The notes beneath the pieces are model-generated. The model did no database searches and was not told the origin of the DNA. It saw only the letters and a list, made by a program, of their open reading frames with translations. The translations under genes and the position numbers were made by a program. Shown one piece after another: positions 18,965-31,561 of a DNA stretch of 64,000 nt; the first letter of the stretch is position 1, and every line of letters starts with the position of its first letter. The DNA is from Eledone cirrhosa (lineage: Eukaryota). The stretch is from positions 41,850,001 through 41,914,000 of the forward strand of contig OZ024743.1 in NCBI GenBank assembly GCA_964016885.1. The letters run 5' to 3'.

Positions 18965-19175
18965 TATCTTAAATGGTGGATGAATTCCTCAAAATCAGCG
19001 ACCAACCAGCCCATATATGCGTTAAATAGTCTCTCCAACCCGAAACTGGCCAAGATTGGTGTGTACGGATACACCAATGACATGACCAAAATCAATCAGA
19101 AAGCAGTGGATGTCAACCCGAGAGAGGTTCCTCAAACAGGAGTTAGAAGGCCCTCGATTGGGTAGGACAGCATTG
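18965..19175 (+). mobile_element. Possible L2/CR1-group LINE 3' remnant
   Basis: VDEFLKISDQP...SL resembles the LD.FL..IPDQP...NSL C-terminus of such LINEs; short and decayed. Confidence 0.35.
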
Positions 19176-20015
19176 AATATATATATGCGTATCCGTGTTG
19201 TGTGTATGTATAAAAGGAAATGAATGTCCACAGATTTAGCATCTGGAATAGTCGCCTCCCGTATGCGTGTGTCCATGTGTGTGCGTATGTGCTTGCGCAC
19301 TCTTGTGTGTGTGAAGAAAAGAGAGAAACTCTGTGTGTGCGTACATTTACGTGTGTGTTTTGAGTATGTTTTTTTGCACTGTAATACGCATTCATTCCAC
19401 TGTGTTATTTATATATCGAGCGAGAAAGGGAGAACAGTAATATACATCTACATCATACTTGAAACCATTGCGCAGAGAACCTGTAGAGTTATCTCTGTTT
19501 ACATATAATTAGAACAACTGAACATTCCTACTGTAGGTGGAATACATATTCTATCATTTAGATTCGTGTGTATTGTTTATTTTCTCTCCGCGCTCATTTT
19601 TGTTATATAAAATAATTAAATAAATATTTGTCCTTGAATAAATATTGTTTTTTCCACTTTCCTAAGTGATTATTTCCAATTGCTTCTTAATTGCATCTTA
19701 TATTAAATCTGTTTACAATAAGATAAGTAGGTTTTGATTGTTTTCAAGTATTAATGTATTATTTATATGAAATAATATGTCAAGGAAATTTGTCAGTAAT
19801 GATCAATCAAAATACTGTTCTTAAATCAGGTTGGAACAAACGTTATTTACCATTTTAATATGTAGGTTACTTAAGGAAATAGAGATAAGCTTATATTTTC
19901 ATTTATTTATGTATTTATTATTTATTTATTTATTTTAAACTTTAAATACATCTAAATTTATTATAAATATTAACAGCACAATCAATAAAATATATATATA
20001 ATAACGACATCAATA

Positions 20016-20195
20016 ATTGTTGCTACTTCGGCACAAGGCCAGCAAATTACCACTGTATTATTGGTTCTTTATTTTATCGAACCAGTAAGGATGAAAGGCA
20101 AAGATAACCTCGACAAAATTTGAACTCACACCGTAAAGGGACGTAACTATGCTGGAAAGCATGGCGTCCGACCCTCTACCAATACTGCCAATCCA
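20016..20195 (-). mobile_element. tRNA-derived SINE
   Basis: Minus strand: TGGCAGTATTGG (A-box-like), GAGTTCAAAT (B box), central GCCTTTCATCCTTAC...CGATAAAATAAG, tail GGCCTTGTGCC...(ATT)n. Confidence 0.85.
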
Positions 20196-20199
20196 CAAC

Positions 20200-21300
20200 A
20201 ATAATAACAGCAATAATAATAAAAAAGAAAACAAAAGAAGAAAAGAATAGGAAAATATAGAGGAAAAAAGGGATAAAGAAAGAAAAAAAGGTACATGAAG
20301 GGGAGGAGATGGCAAGAACTGTGGAGTGGCAGAACAGAGGTAAGGGATGAAGGGGGACATTGAATTGGCTTTCGGTCTAGGGCATTGGGGCAAAAAACCT
20401 GTACCCCGCGGACAAGACCTCCAAAGCTGTGTCCCGTGGACACCCGCTGCAAAAACCACCCATCTTCGCGGGGCTCCTTCCTCAGGCTCGCCACTGGCGT
20501 CCCCTTGTTGTGGAGGAGCTCCGCTGTACGGGGTCCAAGTAAGGCTGAGCTTTCGGCGGCGACTGGTGCGAAGACGAAGCTGCCGAACAAACCACGGTAT
20601 TCGTTTATTTCACGTTCTTCTGCGAGGCGGGTCCCGATGCCGGTGTTTGTGGCCGAAGCAACTAAGTTGGAGGCGGAGAACGTGTCGCATCAGGTGGCCT
20701 CCCAGATGAGGAATCTACCTCCTTCGAATGGGAAGAGGGTGATTCCGCCAGGGCACTTACAAACTCCGTAGTCCTAGCCAGCTGGCTCCAGTTGAGTTGA
20801 AAGACAGCTGCGTCCAGGTTCCTTCTCAGTATGTCATTGAGAGAGGTGTGTCTTGGGAACTTGGTTGGGTTGATCTCAAGTCCAAGGAGCATTAGAGCTG
20901 GGATGATTTGTCGAAGGTCCTCAACTACCGTCTCAGACGGGCCACCAAGGGTCGCGTCGTCGAGATACCTTGCATTGAGGGGAAACCGGATCGACTGCCA
21001 ACGTGAATACGAGCGAGCCGAGTGGGTCCCCCTGCTGGACACCTGTAGTAGAAGTAATCCTGTTGTTGTCAGCGGACATGAGTAAGCGGGGTCTTCAGTA
21101 CGCGAGGTGAGTGAAGGGTTAGATGTAGAAGCCGCGTGTAAGACATGTCTCTACGACGTGATGCCGTTAACACTCTTGAAGGCGTTTGTCATGTCCAGCT
21201 TCACCAGGAGGTGGGGTGACGTGGGAGTCGCATACTCTATGAAGTGTCTGGCCGCATGTGCAACGGCCTCAAAATCGCACTTAATTCCTACTTTAAGCTA
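20200..21300 (-). mobile_element. Decayed, internally deleted CRE-like non-LTR retrotransposon (RT plus restriction-like endonuclease)
   Basis: VKLDMTNAF, YLDDATLGG..LGLEINPTK (RT) fused to RHTSLNDILRR, QLEP.G, PGGITLFPF..GR..WEAT.CDTF, FAPVAAESS..LGP, WFLQRVS. Confidence 0.75.
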
Positions 21301-22699
21301 GATTGTAGAGTCGCTAGAGCATCAGTATAGCTTATCTTGTAATTGTCTCTGTTTTCAGTATATTCAGTTAAAATATTGTCAAGGGTAACTTAAACTCTCA
21401 TCCCTTCAGGAATGATAATGAATATACCTGTCTAGAAGCAGTCAATTGTTGAGTTTCATAAAGCACTGGTGGGTTGCTTTGCATTTTCTGATCTAGCTCT
21501 GTTTGCGGCGAAATCCCGCCTCATTTAACAATATTTGCAATCGGCAGAATGTATTAAAATGAGAAGACGAGTGAAAATATAGTTTTCTTAAACCTCTATG
21601 ATGATTCTTTATTTTATATATTACATTGCTTTCGTTAGTATTATTCTATCTTTAAAGAAGCTCATATATACATCGTTTATAAAATTCGTAAGCTTTTCAT
21701 TTCAAACATTTATTTTGAAATTCATCCTTTTATGTGGGTCTACAGTTGGCGATTCTCAACAGAATAATCGTGTGGGATCTATTTTCTAACCCTTAAATGT
21801 TATTGGACCCTGTTTTCACCGTTAAAACGTTTGTAAACATCTTCAAATCGGATAGGTGATGTGTATGTCCATATACAAAGCCCACACGAAATATTGGAAT
21901 AGCATCAAATATGTAATTGATAGGATTGATATATGATTTGCAAATATATACACAAAAGATAAGGTAAGAAGTCACGAATTTAATAATTTTACGTGAACAA
22001 ATGATATCATAGACTTCATTCTACAAAATACGTAAACCTATTTATGTTTATAGTGACTCTTAGAAGTGTTGGATGCTACACATAACTACTCCTCTGTGAA
22101 TGTTTGAATCAATAGGCGTATCTTAAAGGATTGAGTTTATCTATCACCGTGCAACAGAAAGGAAAACGAAAAAGCGCGGAATACTAACTCGATTCATATT
22201 TTTATTATAAAATAGACAACTATAGCGCTTCGTAGACGCGCTTGATGATAAATATATCATCACATGATACATATAGATTTATGTCTAATAACATCGATTT
22301 GCCAACATTCATATCTACTATACCTTTATGCATTCATTGCAGTTCAGTGAGTGAATAAGCGCATTAGTCGATGGATATATCAACATTCTAAAACCCATTT
22401 TTAGAAACAAAATAGTAGCTTCAAGCTTAGTAGTAAAGTGTAATGTTCTGTTTACTACAATATCCTGTAATACAGATGCTTCATTTCACAGTTAAGTTGT
22501 GGTATCGGCATGCTTACAAAGTATTCAGTATTTTGTCAAGGGAATATTTTGTATAGTAATCAATTGATCATATAATCATTCCTTGTTCGAAAAGGGATAA
22601 TTTGGTGAAATATATAGAAACAAGAAAGCGGTAATGGAAAGGACTATAAACGCAATAAATGAGAGGAAAAAGAGAGGAAGAGCAAAGGCTTCCAGATAA

Positions 22700-22990
22700 A
22701 TGAAGAGCGAAATATCGAATGATAGGGTTGACAGACTCTACACCTATGTCAGAGCTGTTTCGGCTGCAACAAAATAGCCAAGGCATTTCCACGGAAGAGG
22801 GCCAGAGACACCCGCTGTAATAGCCAACCCAAATCGTGGGGCTCCTTCCTCAGAATGACTGCTAGCCATAGAATTTTACGCAGGAGGTGAGCTGGCCGGG
22901 GTCCGAGGACGCCTGACAACTCGACAGTGACAGGTGAATTGTGGGTCACTCTACCGGATTTTGTAGCCATAAAGGACACCACCGAACATG
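22700..22990 (-). mobile_element. Second CRE-like 3' fragment
   Basis: PVTVELSGVLGPR...RKEPHDLGWLLQRVSLALFRGNALAIL; homologous to 20400-20590. Confidence 0.7.
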
Positions 22991-25878
22991 TAGGTATATA
23001 TATATAGTCTTTTGACTCTTTTACCTGTTCCAGTCATCCGGCTTGTGTGTGTGTGTGAGTGTGTGTGTGTGTGTGCGTGTGTCCGTGTGTATTTGTGTGT
23101 GTGTGAATGTGCGCCTCTCTTTCTATCTCTCTCTCTCTCTCTCTCTCTCTGTATGATTTGTAAAAAAAAATTGGAGGATCATGGATCAGATTTTTAAACA
23201 GTCAGTGATAATCTCGAGAAAAAGAACATCAGTAAAATAAAATCACAGGCCTAAGTGTAAACTGATTGAGAGAAACTGCATATAATCATTCGCGCATGTA
23301 AATTATTGTCAAATGACAAAATGGATGCGAAATACTCCATTTTTATACTACATCCACCATATCTGGGTAAGAGTAATGATGGTCATGTTTGCGATGTACT
23401 TGAACATAACTGTTTGATCAGTGGGTTTAACAACAAAAGTCAATTACACATTACATTTTAACTTCTGATTCATATTAATTCTCATCAAGGCGGCTGAGTC
23501 GTTAGGACAACAATTCGTTTTCGATTCATTTTTGTTTCTGTTCAAGTGCCTCTAATTTTCCACACATGTATCAGGAAAATATCAGTTATGAAGTCGACTC
23601 TTAACACTCGTGTTTTATCTCTCTACAAAAATCAACTAAGATTATAACAGGAGATTCAGAAGCTCAAAACACGATATTTATATCATCGGTTGCCCATTCA
23701 ACAAGTATCTCTTCCCACTCAAAATGTCTGAACCAATTAGATAATTTTATTTCTCCACGGCACTGTTTAACAGACGCCTAAAAATACTATTATATCATCG
23801 AATATCTTAGTTTCTGAAAATAATGTAACTATTAATATGTATCCAAAGTAACATTTAGTTTTCGCCCACAATGAGACTGTTGTATGTAGTATAGAACGGG
23901 ATTCTACATAACCAGCAATTTCTACTATAGTAACCAATATCTTCTAAAACGTTATACAAAAACATATTCCTCACAGCATAATTGTTAAAACATTCTATCT
24001 ACTACACCAAACTTTCTTCAAACTTTATCAAGTATCAACAGCTGCAGACTTTATATTCTTCCCCCTAGTCAACCACAGAGAAACGCAATTCTATTCAAAT
24101 TAATGATTATCCATATGATCGTAAATGTATTTCAAATGAGCTTCTTTAATGCGATACTGTCAAAACAAACAAATCCTCTAAATCGTACCCAGGCTTAACT
24201 TCCAATTCTTTAAAATTACATTTCAACGAATATATGTACACGCTCTCCAATCAATTTAGAATTCTAAATACAAGTATCTCAAACTTTATGGGGAATCGCA
24301 ATTCAAAATATACCAATTAATATAATAAAGAACGTTTGGGAAAGACATAAAGATTGGTATATGTGAGCAAACATATGTACACTAGAAAGTTGCTGTTGTG
24401 GTGGTTTTCTATCCACAGGCTACACTTGATCTTAGTATAACCATAATTAAATATTTTCCATTCATGACCATATCGTCAGTTAAGAATGTCTAGCTCTAAA
24501 AGTAAAGTCTAGCTCTAATTAAAGAAAGTAATTAAAATGAAATAATTCAATTTCATTTAAGGTTAATTTATCAGTACGGCGATGAAGGTGTAGTTGGAAG
24601 TCCAATTGACGTTAGATTATAGGCTTCTCGTATCAAAGACTATGCGGGCTAATGTATGGGGAGACAATCTTGGGAGATTAGAAGGGGAAAGTCGTTAGAC
24701 TACATAAGTTTAACAAAAAGCAAATAACGGGAATAGAGAAATAAATGTGCTGAATGTGATGTAACGGGTATAATTATTTGTGAGATATAAAAATAAAAGC
24801 GATTATAAAGATGAAAATGTATATACTATTCACATTTGTCTGGTTCTATATAAGGCCATCAAATTCTTAGTGGTAATAAATAAACAAAGGAAAACAATGA
24901 TTATAAATGATTAGAAAATCATAAAGAATAAACACCTGAGTGGACTATTAACAATGAGCAATTGTTTGGCTTCATTCGAGTGAGGTAAAGGCTATGGAAT
25001 TGTTCTACTCTCATGTCCGAGACGCTCAATATATTAGAATATAGTGGCATATAGGCAAGTGGCAAAGTTGTTAATATGACATTGTACAAGGAAGGCCACG
25101 ATTCTCCAGCAAAAGTTGTGATTGATATCATCATACGTTTATTATTAGTAGCACTTACACGGATTGATTCAGAATATTGACGCATATGGCAACATGTTCA
25201 TGTACAATAAAAGTATAGTAAAAAAGTCTCAAGAAGAGTATTTTAAGCTCTGATCCGGAAACACTAGTCTTTAGCATTCCCATACCCTTCCTAAAATATC
25301 TGTAATATGATCACATCTATATACAGATGTGTAGTGACCTACATTCCGGGGGCTCACATACATTCTCTGTGCGTGATTTGGCTCAGCTCAGCCAATCATC
25401 GCCAGCAGAAGAGGATGTATCCCTAGGCGTCCTGAGAGAGAAATTACCCGGGAAGATTTGAAGAAAATCTCTCTCTCGCACCTGAGACTTCGAACCAGCA
25501 ACACGTACATGTGACGGTGAGATGTTGCACCTTAACCTGCCGACTTTCCGGCGCAATGACACATTCCCTTTTGTAACCTCATTTTTATGTATAACTTCAA
25601 CCATACAAGTTAACCAACATTATTTGTGCTACAACAAAAATAAACATACATTTCATCTCTAATTTCTGCTGTTGACATCATTATTATGTTACTCGTGTCT
25701 CAATAACATTTAATTTACCATGGTGATTATTTGGCGACCGGCTCTCCGTCAGTTCACTCACGAGTAAGTTTGTTAACCTTATTATATCTGTATCGAATTT
25801 AATTAGTGGCTGGCCTGCAGTGGCGTTTACCAAAGTAAATAACCTGTGACCAATTCTCTAAAGATGTATAATCGGATA

Positions 25879-25978
<100 letters not shown>

Positions 25979-25996
25979 CGGATATATATACGGATA

Positions 25997-26069
<73 letters not shown>

Positions 26070-26071
<2 letters not shown>

Positions 26072-26850
26072 CAGTTAAACAAGAATCAATGAGTATATCA
26101 AAGAATGAGTTTTACAGTAGATTGGAAGCACTCTATGAGAAAAATAATTTTCCAGAGTTATTAATATTAAAATACAAATATTAATAAAATAGATGTTCTT
26201 TTAATCAATTACATTTTATTATACATATTTCGGATGTACAACAGTACGTCCTCATTAGACAAAATATAATGATGCATGACATACCCTGAGATGTTAAATG
26301 GATAAGATTTAATCAAGGTAGTCATTAACCTAAGATAACGTTTAACATTTATACCCTAATAATGAGAAAATGCGAAAACGTAATAAATTCAATAGAGAAT
26401 GTGTGAGTAGGAATAACGTTGCTTAATGTAACAGTTATAGAGATTTTAAAATGTATGATACTACAATGTATCTGGGAAAAGAGTCAATGAGAGCCGCTGG
26501 GAATATGTAGAAGGAGATTTTCCGAAAGTTAAACGGTTAAGTTTGAAAATATTTAATTTATCTTAATTAAGGGTGAAGAATCAAGGTTTTAGGTTGTTTT
26601 ATTTTTTATAAAAAATTGCTGGTTATTTATATTTATTAATTTTGTAAATTCTATAAGTGTTTTAACAATTCTAAACTTCGGAAATTTAAAGGATTTAACT
26701 GGCCAGCGGAAAGGAAAGTTTACACTGTCGAATATTTTCCTAAATGTAAACTTTACCGATGATAATCATTGTCAACATATATGGTATGTAAATCTTATGA
26801 AGTACTTATTGTTAGAAAAATTTAAATAACTATTATGTATATATATATAT
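26070..26850 (-). mobile_element. PLE pLTR-like remnant with mutated HHR (26221-26262)
   Basis: Minus strand: CTAATGA-ggacgtac-tgtt-gtacatcc-GAAA-tatg-TA, then AATAAA; abuts (TA)n. Confidence 0.5.
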
Positions 26851-26865
26851 ACATATATATATATT

Positions 26866-27013
26866 AATTGTTTCTACTTTAGGCACAAGGCCAGCAATTA
26901 CCCAGTGCATTACTGGTACTTTATTTTATCGACCCCGTAAGGATGAAAGGCAAAGTCAACCTCAGCGGGATTTGAACTCAGATCGTAAAGGGACGTAACT
27001 ATGCTGGAAAGCA
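26866..27013 (-). mobile_element. tRNA-derived SINE (5' truncated)
   Basis: Same consensus as the other copies. Confidence 0.9.
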
Positions 27014-27029
27014 TATATATATATATATA

Positions 27030-28637
27030 TATTAATGAGCCAGTATGTTTTAGGTAAATGATAACGAAAATAAAAATAAAATAATAGATTGAGGCATGCT
27101 AAAGTTAAATATGTATACCTATATATATAACAGGATGTAAATGCTTTGATTATTCATAGTTCGAAATAAATGATACTCAATAAATTTAGAAGTTAACTAA
27201 ACATTATATATAGAAAGATATATGGAGGTTTATATGGATATAAATTAGGTATTATTGATATAAATTAGGTATTATTGATACAGTATACTTTAGGTAAATG
27301 ATAACGGTTATAATTTTATATAATAAAGTTCGAACGTGTTATAGTTAAATACATATATATATATAAGAAAAGCAAAGAAAGTTTGAATATTTTCCTAAAT
27401 GTAAACTTTACCGAAGATAATCATTGTCAACATATATGGTATGTAAATCTTATGAAGTACTTATTGTTAGAAATATTCAAATAACAATTATGTATATAGA
27501 TATTTATTAATGAGCCAATATATTTTAGGTAAATGATAACGATAAAAATATAATAGATTGACGCATGCTAAAGTTAAATATATACATATATATAAGAGGG
27601 TGTAAATGCATTAATTATTCATATTTCAAAATAAATAATAATCCAAAACACATGAAAGATTCACAGTTAGAAATAAGTTCCATAAACATGTATGGGTTGG
27701 ATATTAAACTGAAATGTAAAACTTAGATAGGAAGATAAAGATAGAGAAATAAAGAAATAATGGTATGGATCAACATTAATATTAATTGTTTCTACGTTAG
27801 GCACAAGGTTAGCAATTACCCAGTGTATTACTGGTACTTTATTTTATCGTCCCCGTAAGGATGAAAGGCAAAGTTAACCTCGGCGGGATCAAAATTAATA
27901 ATAATAATATTATGTTATGTATATCAATGTTCCGGCATGTTATTGAACAGGTGTCTTTCATTCGAGCGTTATAAATGCTCTTTCTCGAACTCCAAGAAGA
28001 AATCATCCACGTCTTTATCACAGCTCATATGGTCATTAAAAGAGAGGAATTTAAAATACTCCATTCTTTGGACTAACCTTCGGAACTGTGGAGTTTACCG
28101 CAACTCCAGTATATCAATTAACTGCGCGCTCTGTACAATGAGACCTTAATTAACAAAAAAAGTGAATTATTCTCTAGTTGCCCTCCATAAAGCTACGTCC
28201 ACATACTTAGCCTCCCACAAAACGAGAAAAAAAGAGAGAGAAGCACTTAACCATTAAAAGCTTGGTTGCCAGACGTATATAATCAACAGGGAAAAGCATT
28301 AATGGCCTTTAATATTGCCTTATCTTATAACTATCTATAGAAGAAATACCGCTCGAATGAAAGACACTTGTTATCATTTACCTAAAGTATACTGTATCAA
28401 TAATACCTAATGTATAACAATAATACCTAATTTATATCCATATAAACCTCCATATATCTTTTTATACATAATTTTTAGTTAACTTCTAAATTTATTGATT
28501 ATAATTTATTTTGAACTATGAATAATCAATGCATTTACACCCTTTTATATATAGGTATATATATTTAAATTTAGCATGCCTCAATCTATAATTTTATTTT
28601 TATTTTCGTTATCATTTACATAAAATATACTGGCTCA

Positions 28638-28645
<8 letters not shown>
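27030..28645. repeat. Rearranged PLE-derived block: direct and inverted duplications around a Naiad GIY-YIG remnant
   Basis: 27030-27305 is inverted at 28370-28645. 27385-27640 duplicates 26730-26850 plus 27030-27190. 27950-28190 encodes YKCSFSN..KKSSTSLSQLIWSLKE...CALC. Confidence 0.7.
27784..27890 (-). mobile_element. tRNA-derived SINE, 3' half
   Basis: Same consensus. Confidence 0.85.
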
Positions 28646-28671
<26 letters not shown>

Positions 28672-28675
<4 letters not shown>

Positions 28676-30307
28676 AACTTCTGATTTAGCCTAAGAAAAT
28701 ATCTGTATGCGTGTGTAATTTATACACGCATATATTTATTTATTTTTATTTTCAATTGAGTTCTTAACACGTTGGATTGATAATGTTTTCGAAAAAACTA
28801 ATTAACCCGCGTGTATATTATTTTTTTCCTCCTTTCGTGGATCGTAGTTGTCTCCCCTTCCCGCTTCGTGTCGCTATGATAATTCCTCAGTCAAAAACTG
28901 CTGGAATTACAAATTTGGCGGTCATAGGATGCGAGAGGGGGCGACTTAACAGACACGATTTTTGTCTGCGGTAAGAATTTCTTTCTTATATCAAAGTTTA
29001 ATGGGCTTCCACTGATGATTTATAAGCGCCCACCTAAATATATTCTTACATGAATATATATTAGGCTTCTACATGAACTGGAAATATTCTCCCAACTTGT
29101 AGAAAACTTATAATGAAATAATTGTTTGGAAAGAGAGATATACTTTAACTTTAATTATATCTCATAAAATAATGCAACTGGTTTTTCCACATTATACATT
29201 TTGTTAGCACCCCAAACACTTAAATTGGGTTTATATTTAAATATAACCTAATGTTTGTTGAGTGAGATTGTTACCAGTCAGAGATTAGCTTTAAACTATC
29301 TCTGTTATTGTATTAAATATTTACTCTTGGTTGGCCAGAGGTGTTTATTTCCCGGTACCTTATGAATTTGACTTTCCGTATTTATTACTGTTGTGAAATG
29401 TTGTGTTTTATTTGGTTGTAACTTCTCTGTATTTTAGCCTAAGAAAATATATATATGCCTATGTATATAATTACATGCAAACATTTATTTTCTTTAATTA
29501 ATTGAGTTCTTTAAACGAGGAATGGATATTAGTTTTGAAATGACTAATTAACCCGCGTGTGTTATATATTTTACTCTTAATTCGGCCGGAGATTTACATT
29601 CCCATTTGCCCTTTAAGGCATAACTTTCTGTATTTACTGCGGTTATGAGATGCGGTTCTTATTCGGGTACAACTTCTGATTTAGCCTAAGAAAATATCTA
29701 TATGCGTCTGTAATTTATACACGCATATATTTATTTTTTTTATTTTCAATTGAGTTCTTAACACGTTAGATTGATAATGTTTTCGAAAAAACTAATTAAT
29801 CCGCGTGTATATTATTTTTTTCCTCCTTTCGTGGATCGTAGTTGTCTCCCCTTCCCGCTTCGTGTCGCTATGATACTTGCTCAGTCAAAAACTGCTGGAA
29901 TTTCAAATTTGGCGGTCATACGATGCGAGAAGGGGCAACTTAACAGACACGATTTTTGATTGCGGTAAGAATTTCTTTCTTATATCAAAGTTTAATGGGC
30001 TTCCACTGATGATTTATAAACGCCCACCTAAATATATTCTTACATGAATATATATTAGGCTTCTACATGAACTGGAAATATTCTCCCAACTTGTAGAAAA
30101 CTTATAATGAAACAATTGTTTGGCAAGAGAGATATAATTTAACTTTAATTATATTTCATAAAATAATACAACTGGTTTTTCCACATTATACATTTTGTTA
30201 GCACCCCAAACACTTAAATTGAGTTTATATTTAAATATAACCTAATGTTTGTTGAGTGAGATGGTTACCAGTTAGAGGTTAGCTTTAAACTATCTCTGTT
30301 ATTGTAT

Positions 30308-30312
<5 letters not shown>
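28672..30312. repeat. Tandem repeat of a ~995-bp unit (about 1.65 copies) between (TA)n tracts
   Basis: gtacaacttctgatttagcctaagaaaat starts at 28672 and ~29667; duplicated ORFs 28777 and 29771; diverged internal subrepeat near 29420. Confidence 0.92.
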
Positions 30313-30366
<54 letters not shown>

Positions 30367-30581
30367 GTTAAAAATGTACATCTACATATGCATACTGAAA
30401 TACTAGTATGCATATGAATACACCCACGTATACATATGTAGATGTACCAAGTCTTTCACTGGTTACTTTACTGTGAGTATCCAGCTATTCTGTATGTAAA
30501 CACACAGACAAACCGGTTTTTAGAGTCATACTGGTTTTTGAGGAAACACCTTTCCTCTATTCCCCAGAAAGCCAGACAAGG

Positions 30582-30626
30582 AATATTGAACTAGTTTCGT
30601 CGTTGTTACAACTCATCAGCAATATT
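30582..30626 (-). ncRNA. Canonical minimal type I hammerhead ribozyme within a pLTR remnant (~30440-30780)
   Basis: atattg-CTGATGA-gttgt-aaca-acgac-GAAA-ctag-TT-caatat; stem I extends (ccagaaaggccgg / ctggctttctgg). Confidence 0.85.
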
Positions 30627-30849
30627 TACCTATCTACCGGCCTTTCTGGAGAATCGTAAAAGCACATATCGTTATATGCTTTTTCTATGAAAATTAGTAG
30701 TGGGCAGACTAATTTGCATAATTTTCCTTCATTCTAAATTTTAGTGTTTGTGTAATCTGTGAGACACTAAACCTGCCATGATTGTCTAAACCAAACCGCA
30801 TCCGCCACACTTACAGACGCACACACCCGCACACAGACACACGCACATG

Positions 30850-30888
<39 letters not shown>

Positions 30889-31561
30889 GGAGGGAGAGGG
30901 AGAGGAAGAGAATCTATGTGTGTTCTTCTATGTGTGTGTGCCTGTGTTTGTGCGTATTCGTTCATATTCAATAATCTAATCCATTCAACTAAATCTAATG
31001 TGTATATGTATGCTTATTTTACAGAAAAATTTACCTATTTTAGTCGTTAAAATTAAGATCCCAGCAAATCTAATTACACTATTGCCACCTTCGCTACGTA
31101 ATACAATTTTTCACTGAATATTTGGACATTTTTAACAAATGATTTCAAATTGGCACGCACACTATTAACTAAAGCACTTGCATTTTTCGGCAAATTTAAT
31201 CTGCTATTGTAATTTGATTGAAAGCAATTAATTAATTCACAAGTATATCGTGTTTGATGACAGGGACACAAACGAAATCGCACTAGAAACAGTAGTGAAC
31301 ATACATACACTGACTCACATCCAAATGTGGACATGCTGGTACATATCTACACGGGTGTGTGCGTATATGAATGTATGATGAGTACTTATATATATATATA
31401 TATATAAACTATATATAAATGAATGAAGAATAACACGTATCAACTATACAGAAGGGCTTATTCCAAGTATTAACAAATGTTTCATTGGTCCGGTGTGTCT
31501 AAAAATCGCTATCTGTTGTGCTACTTCAAAAAGCGAAATTGTCAAAATAATAGTTTGGTTC

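Noticed and set aside
23600-24350. Faint resemblance to a very old PLE RT
   Set aside because: Motifs too eroded to support a call without alignment.
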